Shown here in pieces: positions 58,103 to 64,000 of a stretch of 64,000 bases of DNA (position 1 is its first letter; every line of letters starts with the position of its first letter). The notes beneath the pieces are model-generated. The model was not told the DNA's origin. It worked only from the letters and a program-made list of their open reading frames with translations, and ran no database searches. The stretch spans positions 1-64,000 of the forward strand of contig QPMI01000216.1 of NCBI GenBank assembly GCA_004431415.1. Reading direction: 5' to 3'. The stretch comes from Cyanophora paradoxa CCMP329. Its lineage: Eukaryota > Plantae > Glaucophyta. The position numbers were made by a program, and so were the translations under genes.

Positions 58103-61100
58103 CATGGCGCCCAAGAAGGGCAAAGTGGCCAAGCAAGGGCCTTACTACGACCAAAGGTTCGATACTCTTGAGCTGTGATGCGAAGGCGCGCACCGGGCGC
58201 CGCGCTGATCATGATGCCCGACCGCGCGTGCACCTTGCCCGTGACGCAGCGACGGTGACCATCGAGGTCGAGGAGGCACGGGATGGCCTGCGGAGCTCAT
58301 GAAGGATGCGGAGCGGCAGCTCCGCTTCACGCAATCCGTCGGACCTGCGGCCTGGACCTGTACTTCTACGATCCGGAGGCGGACACCCTCGATCTGAGGA
58401 CTGCGTCTCGGAAGCTGCCGAAGCTCAGTCCCGGATGTTTCTTCTACGTCGTGCGGCGGGACATGCAGCCAGCGCACGAGGACGGCGACAGCAACGCCGA
58501 CCCGAACTTGTGAAGCTCATGAAGCGCGGCAAGGCGCAGCAGCCGGTTCAGGCGGCGACTTCGTCGGACTCGGCGCAGCTGAGTTCGCTCGTGGAGGTGT
58601 TGCGCTTGCAGGTCCAGACATCCGTCGGAGCTGCGCTCGCCTCTGCAGGTGAACCTCGAGCAAAGAAGAGGGCGGCGACAGGCGCGAACTACCTGAAGGA
58701 GGACACGGATGGCAAGCGCGGCACTGGGGACTGCAACACGGCACGGGACGTCGTGCGGCTACTGTGGGACGAGCCGATCGAGGGATCGGGGGGGGAGTAC
58801 ACTCCGGAGACATGCCCGCGAGCCTGGCTGTTTCTGAAGGTGCCGTCCCTTCATTTCAGTTATCGAGCTAGAATTTAAGTTTATATCTCGAGCTCACGCT
58901 CTCTCGCGGATGCAGAAGTGCGGGGGCGGCACCCGCAAAACGCACGACACGCTGAGCAGACTGCGGCCGCTGCTCACCCCATTCGACAAGAAGGACCTCA
59001 GCCACCTTCAATCCCTCACGAGATGCAAGAAAGAGATCTATTTCATAACATTGAGAACATGTGCGTGCGTTGAAGATGGGGCAACGATGCCACGCCCTGA
59101 TGCGTACACTCCGAACAGACTGTGCATTCTAAGGATGAGGAAAGCGGAGCAGGAGGTGCCGGACGACCACTACAAGCTTGAGGGCATCTCGCGACCCGGC
59201 ATTCTGGATGTCGCCGACTTCATCCTAGGGACTCACAAGCTGACGGCGATGGAGGAGAACGTAGCCGGCTGGATGGATGGCAAGGACAAGGTGGACAGCG
59301 GAGAGTGAGCAAGAGTTCCATTATTTCGAGCAACACATACGAAACTGACCGGTGGAAACAATTTACCACGCAGGTACAAGGCGACCGGGGCGAAGAGGAA
59401 GGCCAATTGCAAGAAGAAGCAGGAAATCGAACATCACGACTCGTGCGAAGGTACGCGACGCTGTTCCAACGCAATCCCAACGCATATTTCAACACCTCTC
59501 AACGCATACGTTGATTGACATACGATGAATAGTGTTGACGTAATCAACTTCCCTCCGTGTTGGCACAAGGCTCACGCGCACTTTTGCACTTGCAGAGCCG
59601 GCAAGGAAAGTGGCAGAGCAGAAGGGCAAGGCACGCGTCCGCGCCCCCCCGACAGACGAAGGTGCGCAATGTGTACAACGCATGCACAACGCATCGAAAA
59701 CGCAAGCGTTGGTATTGCGTTGGTTGATTGCGTTGCAAAGATACAGCGCAATTTTCGTTGATTCCGTGCCCGCAGAGTCCGACGAGGAGGATGACGTAGA
59801 GGACAAGCTCGAGGACGACAACGAGAGCGGGAATGAGGACGAGGACGAGGGCGAGGACGAGGGCGAGGACGAGGACGAGGACGCAGAGGCGGCAAGCTCG
59901 AGGAAGCGCAACCGCAAGGCAGAGACGAAGGGTCAGGAGGCGAAGCAGGAAAAGCAGAAAGCAGGAAGCGCAAGAAGCAGGAGAAGGAGATGGAGAAGGA
60001 GGCGAAGAAGCCCAAGGCCGCAGCAATGACAGAGAAGGTGCAGTCTTAAAAACGCAATCTGTGCCAGTCCGGGCATAGTGCAGAGTTTTAATACCGCAGC
60101 ACAGAAGGAGGCCGAGGCGAAATCGAAGGAGAAGGCAAGGCGGCGGCAGCGAAGAAGGCCGCAGCAGAAAAGCAGGCCGCAAAAACGGCGGAGCAGGCAG
60201 CAGCACAGGAAAAGGTGCAGTGTTGCGCGGCACTCTCTGCGAGCGTTCCGGGCCTGGGGAACAGTTTTAATAACGCAGCGCAGAAGGAGGCCGAGAAGAA
60301 AGCGAAGGAGAAGGAGAAGGCGGCGGCAGCAAAGAAGGCTGCAGCCGAGAAGGAGGCCGCGAAAACGAAGGCGCAGGCAGAGGCTGCCGCGGCAGCACAG
60401 GAGAGGGTGCAGTTTTTCGCGTCACTCTGTGCGAGCGCCTGGCATAGGAAAGAGTTCTAATCACGCAGCGCAGAAGGCGGCCGAGAAGAAGTTGAAGGAG
60501 AAGGACAAGGCGGTGGCAGCGGAGAAGCTGGCAGAGGCGCCTGCAGAGAAGAGCCGAAAGAAGAGGAAGGCTGCATATGAGCTGGCGGCGGAGCCAATAA
60601 TCCCAAATCCCCGACAGCTGCCGCCCCTTCCCAAGCTTCTCAATCCTGGAAAGCAGAGCAGCTTTCGGCAGCTTCGCAGCAAGGCAGAGCGCGCAAAAGC
60701 CAAGTCAGGCGGAGAGAGTCCACTCGCCCCAAGATACTCCTCCCGCCCGGGCCGGTTGGCCTACGTAAACCAGGAAACCGGGTGCGCACGGGCAGTCCTC
60801 GCAAATTATTATACAATCGGTACTGTAATAAATCAGACTGTAATTATACATGTGCAGCTCGAACTCTACAGACGGCGGCTCGATCCTGGAGCTTTCATCC
60901 AAACCCTTTCTCAGGCGAGCATAGCATTGCAACGCATACTCAACGCTTGCGTTGTACATACGTTGATGTAGCGTTGTTGTAAATCAGAACGGAGAAACCT
61001 CTCAGTCTCAGTCGTGCTCAGCACTTCATCCGCGAACAAGAGCACATAAGTGCATACGATGCGAAGTCGTCGTATCTGTGCTTCACAAAGCCCAACGACG

Positions 61101-62414
61101 ACCTCCCTCCGGGCTCGGAGCAAGTTGTTGCGGTATGGGATCACCAACCAGGGGTGACGTCGCACCCCTGGAGGCTGTGCAACACGCACAAGTACGCCCA
61201 GCTCGAACCCCGTCTCGCAGCGGAGACATCGTCGGGGGGAGGCCCCCTCGTTGTGGTCATTGAGTGGCCGCGGGATGACCCCATCATCATCGGGGCCGCC
61301 ATTAAACAGGGGGACGAGGTTGTCCAATATATGACGCCATACATATTTCAGCCAGTCAAACAGGATGACGGTGGCAGGAAACGGGGCAAGCGTGAAGTCG
61401 TCCCCGTCGCCGTCGATGACACATTTCTAGACGCTGTCCGAACCTGCAGCACTCCCACGCGGTATGCAATGCCCCATTCACGTCACAAAATATTCAGATA
61501 ATGTCTGCAGGTTGAACGTCGCAGAAGGAGCCGCAGAGGATGCCCGCCCGCAACTCTCGAGACCCATTCTGAGGCGAGCATAACTTTTCAACGCTTACAC
61601 AACGCTTTTCCAGCGCTAACGTTGATATTGCGTTGCCGTGTTTCAAATGCAGAACGGACAAAAAGCTGTATGTCCAGCCGTCTCCGGAAGACGGCGGCGG
61701 TGTTGTGTGCGTGCAACGGCATATTTTGTGGGCATTGCGTTATTACTTACACGTCTTGGCAGAGATGTGAACCACGCGTTGAGGCCTCACCCGATTTTGT
61801 GGCACCTGGGTGGGGCCGCATTTCCAAGAAGGCCCTCGCAGATGAGGTGGCAACGCACATCTGGAACGGACGGAAACAGATCGTGAAAACAGTTCTCAAG
61901 CTGCGATGGCCGCCGCATTTCGATCTCGAGCCACGAACGCGTCTCGTGGTTCGCGGCAGGAGGAGTACGGAGAGAGAACACACCATCCTCGTGCCATTCG
62001 ACCAGTCCAAGACAGCATACGGACAGGCACCCGGGCGCGTCCTGCACTTCGACACATCCACGGTTTACTACGTGCAGTACGCTCAGGTAGAGCTCGATTG
62101 GGATGCCGAGTACGAACTCTTCCTAGCCCTGCAGGTAACTACGCAATTCCAATGCATGCGTTGCGTTTCCGCTGCTCACGTGTTGGATGCAGCACGAGGA
62201 GACGGACGCCGAGGGCGAGATGACTTTTGCACTTCGGAATGGCCCCGCGGTCACTGTAGGAAAGGTGGAGGATCGCAGGACCTTCCGCCGTTCTATCTCG
62301 TACCGGCCACACCCGCGGCCGCTGCGTGGCGAAATATCGGACTTCAACGAGGGAACAGTGGAGGGCAAGGACAACTGGTGGCACAAGTGGGACATCTTCA
62401 TGCTCAAGAAGTAG
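58103..62414 (+). CDS. Large multi-exon protein of unknown function (K/E/A-rich repeats, Cys cluster), frameshifted 5' part; likely mobile-element associated
   Basis: Starts MAPKKGKVAK and ends ..WWHKWDIFMLKK*. Lower GC and AT-richer introns than the host genes, acidic and KEAE-rich exons at 59.8-60.6 kb, and CACNGIFCGHC at ~61.7 kb. Coding-like frames switch several times at 58.25-58.5 kb. Confidence 0.5.
60038..60560 (+). repeat. Three tandem intron+exon units (~180 bp)
   Basis: Each unit reads gtgcagt..agtt(t/c)taat..cgcag|c(a/g)cagaagg(a/c)ggccgag followed by K/E/A-rich coding sequence. Confidence 0.8.
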
Positions 62415-62768
62415 ATTCTGTTGAAGTAGAAGTAGATTAATGTGCAGAAAGTAGCCATTGTGCAACTGCTTCAGCTTGTGTTCTCTGCACAATTTACAAG
62501 TCTTACTTTACAAGTCGTACTTGTGGTACTGATGGGGATGAAAGTTGAAGTGTGGGCAGGCTGGACGTGCTCACAGTGAAGTGGATACTGCTTAGTCGAG
62601 TGGGATGGAAATTCAAAGGATTTGGCCGCTCGAACTCGAAGGATGAGTTTAGTAGGTAACTCAGTGACTAGATCTGTAGTCACAAGTACTAGACAAGTAC
62701 TCGAGAAGCTCTGAAGCAATTTGTAGTATTCTAGAGTTCTCAGATTTGTACTACAATCATGCGTCCAA

Positions 62769-62957
62769 CGATCATGAGTCATGAGGCTAACTAGTCGGGT
62801 TCTAAAGTTGAACTACGATCATGAGTCATGAAGCTTAGTAGTCCGGTTCTAAAGTCGAACTACGATCATGAGTCATGAAGCTTAGTAGTCCGGTTCTAAT
62901 GTCGAACTACGATTATGAGTCATGAAGCACATTAGTCTGGTTCTTAAAGCGAACTAC
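62769..62957. repeat. 47-bp tandem repeat, 4 copies
   Basis: Unit cgatcatgagtcatgaagcttagtagtccggttctaaagtcgaacta, contiguous, with diverged outer copies. Confidence 0.9.
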
Positions 62958-63292
62958 AGCCAGGGTTCTTGAAACGCACGCACACAAGTAGACTAGCTAT
63001 AGTCGTGTTCAAGATCTAAAATTGTACTATGACAATGAATGTAGTATCAATAAAGTATAGTAGTAGTAGCAATAAAGTATAAATTATAGTACATGATTCC
63101 TAAAGAAGAAGAAGAGTATATATGTATAAGACACGCCCCAGCCGAGCGCGCGCTGCATGCAGCCTGGCAGGACACAACGCATTCCCAACGCATGCGTTGC
63201 GTTTCCGTTGCACACCCGGTTCCCTCTCTCAGTTCCCTTTCAATTTTCGCATCTCTGTCAGTTCCCTTTCAAGCAAATTTCTGACAAACACT

Positions 63293-64000
63293 TCATACAC
63301 CATGCCTAGTGTTGGCCATATTCTGCTGGAATGTCTGCATCATCATCTGAAAGTGCTGCATCATCTGCTGCATCTGCTGCATCTGCTGCTCCATGCTGGG
63401 TGCCGGGGGCATAACTGGGCGCACAGGGCTCGAGGACATAGCTAGCCTAGACTGAGGGGCTAGTGGGTAACATGGTGCTGCCAAGGCGGCTTCAAGCTCT
63501 GCCTGCGTGTAACTTGGCCCGGAGTTGGGGAGGACAGGCACCCCGTGTGTGTCCCGAGGTGCGGGCCCAACTCGAACTGGCCCACGAATGGGAGAGCTGG
63601 ATCCAGAGGATGGCAGGGTAGAAGAAGAGAAAGACGGCCCCAGAGGGAGTGGGGGACCAATAACGGGAACCGCCCCTGGGACTGGGCCAAGACCCCTCGC
63701 AATTGGGGCTGACCCAACAGGGGGCAGCACCACCCCAGGTGCATAGTGCGGCAGAGGTGGCGGGCGTGGGCCGGGCGGAGCCGCAGCACGGGCCGGGCCG
63801 GGCGGGGCCGCAGCAGGAGACGGGGCGGGCGGGGCCGCAGCAGGAGACGGGGCGGGCGGGGCCGGAGCGCGGGACAGGCCGGGCGGGGCCGCAGCAGGAG
63901 ACGGGGCGGGCGGGGCCGCAGCAGGAGACGGGGCGGGCGGGGCCGGAGCGCGGGACGGGCCGGGCGGGGTCGCAGCAGGAGACGGGGCGGGCGGGGCCGC
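63293..64000 (-). CDS. 3' end of a Pro/Ala-rich protein with a Q/M-rich C-terminus (continues beyond the window)
   Basis: The frame stays open from the window end through (AAPPAPSPA)n, PPPLPHYAPGVVLPP.. to MEQQMQQMQQMMQHFQMMMQTFQQNMANTRHGV*. Confidence 0.65.
   Translation of the reverse strand, partial: AAPPAPSPAATPPGPSRAPAPPAPSPAAAPPAPSPAAAPPGLSRAPAPPAPSPAAAPPAPSPAAAPPGPARAAAPPGPRPPPLPHYAPGVVLPPVGSAPIARGLGPVPGAVPVIGPPLPLGPSFSSSTLPSSGSSSPIRGPVRVGPAPRDTHGVPVLPNSGPSYTQAELEAALAAPCYPLAPQSRLAMSSSPVRPVMPPAPSMEQQMQQMQQMMQHFQMMMQTFQQNMANTRHGV
63800..64000. repeat. 27-bp GC-rich coding minisatellite
   Basis: Repeated gcagcaggagacggggcgggcggggcc with interspersed ggagcgcgggac variants. Confidence 0.9.

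Noticed and set aside
62769-62957. 47-bp repeats as a CRISPR array
   Set aside because: The units are contiguous with no unique spacers, there are no cas genes, and the context is eukaryotic.
1-64000. Long Arg/Pro/Gly/Ala-rich ORFs in the six-frame track (e.g. 51665-54253, 38857-40953, 54343-56295)
   Set aside because: These are stop-poor artefacts of very high GC that read through introns or antisense to real genes.

Overview
Eukaryotic nuclear DNA from a very GC-rich, intron-dense protist or alga (a glaucophyte such as Cyanophora is a guess, not shown). Genes are split by many ~50-100 nt C-rich introns, a notable share with GC-AG ends, so most of the six-frame ORFs are spurious and products had to be stitched from exons. 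Recognisable genes: the 3' part of UGGT; a prolyl-4-hydroxylase-like 2OG-Fe(II) oxygenase; a CCCH zinc-finger protein; KXD1 head-to-head with an SLC35F transporter; a ~10.7 kb TRANK1-like RelE-fold/UvrD helicase/TPR gene; intronless SEC13; an MTRR-like diflavin reductase with two tandem flavodoxin domains, head-to-head with a RING-IBR-SAP-BIRC6-type UBC fusion; SNRNP27 head-to-head with ABHD13; an ADCY10-like cyclase-STAND-TPR gene; and a compositionally distinct, probably mobile, block at 57.8-64 kb. The most striking non-gene signal is that intergenic and accessory DNA is saturated with 3-mer inverted triplications (X.revcomp(X).X, e.g. GAG-CTC-GAG). A local duplication at 48.56-48.91 kb shows these arising as discrete +6 nt insertions, which points to a region-restricted, frame-preserving mutational process. 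Exon boundaries were read by eye and outer gene coordinates are approximate where stated.
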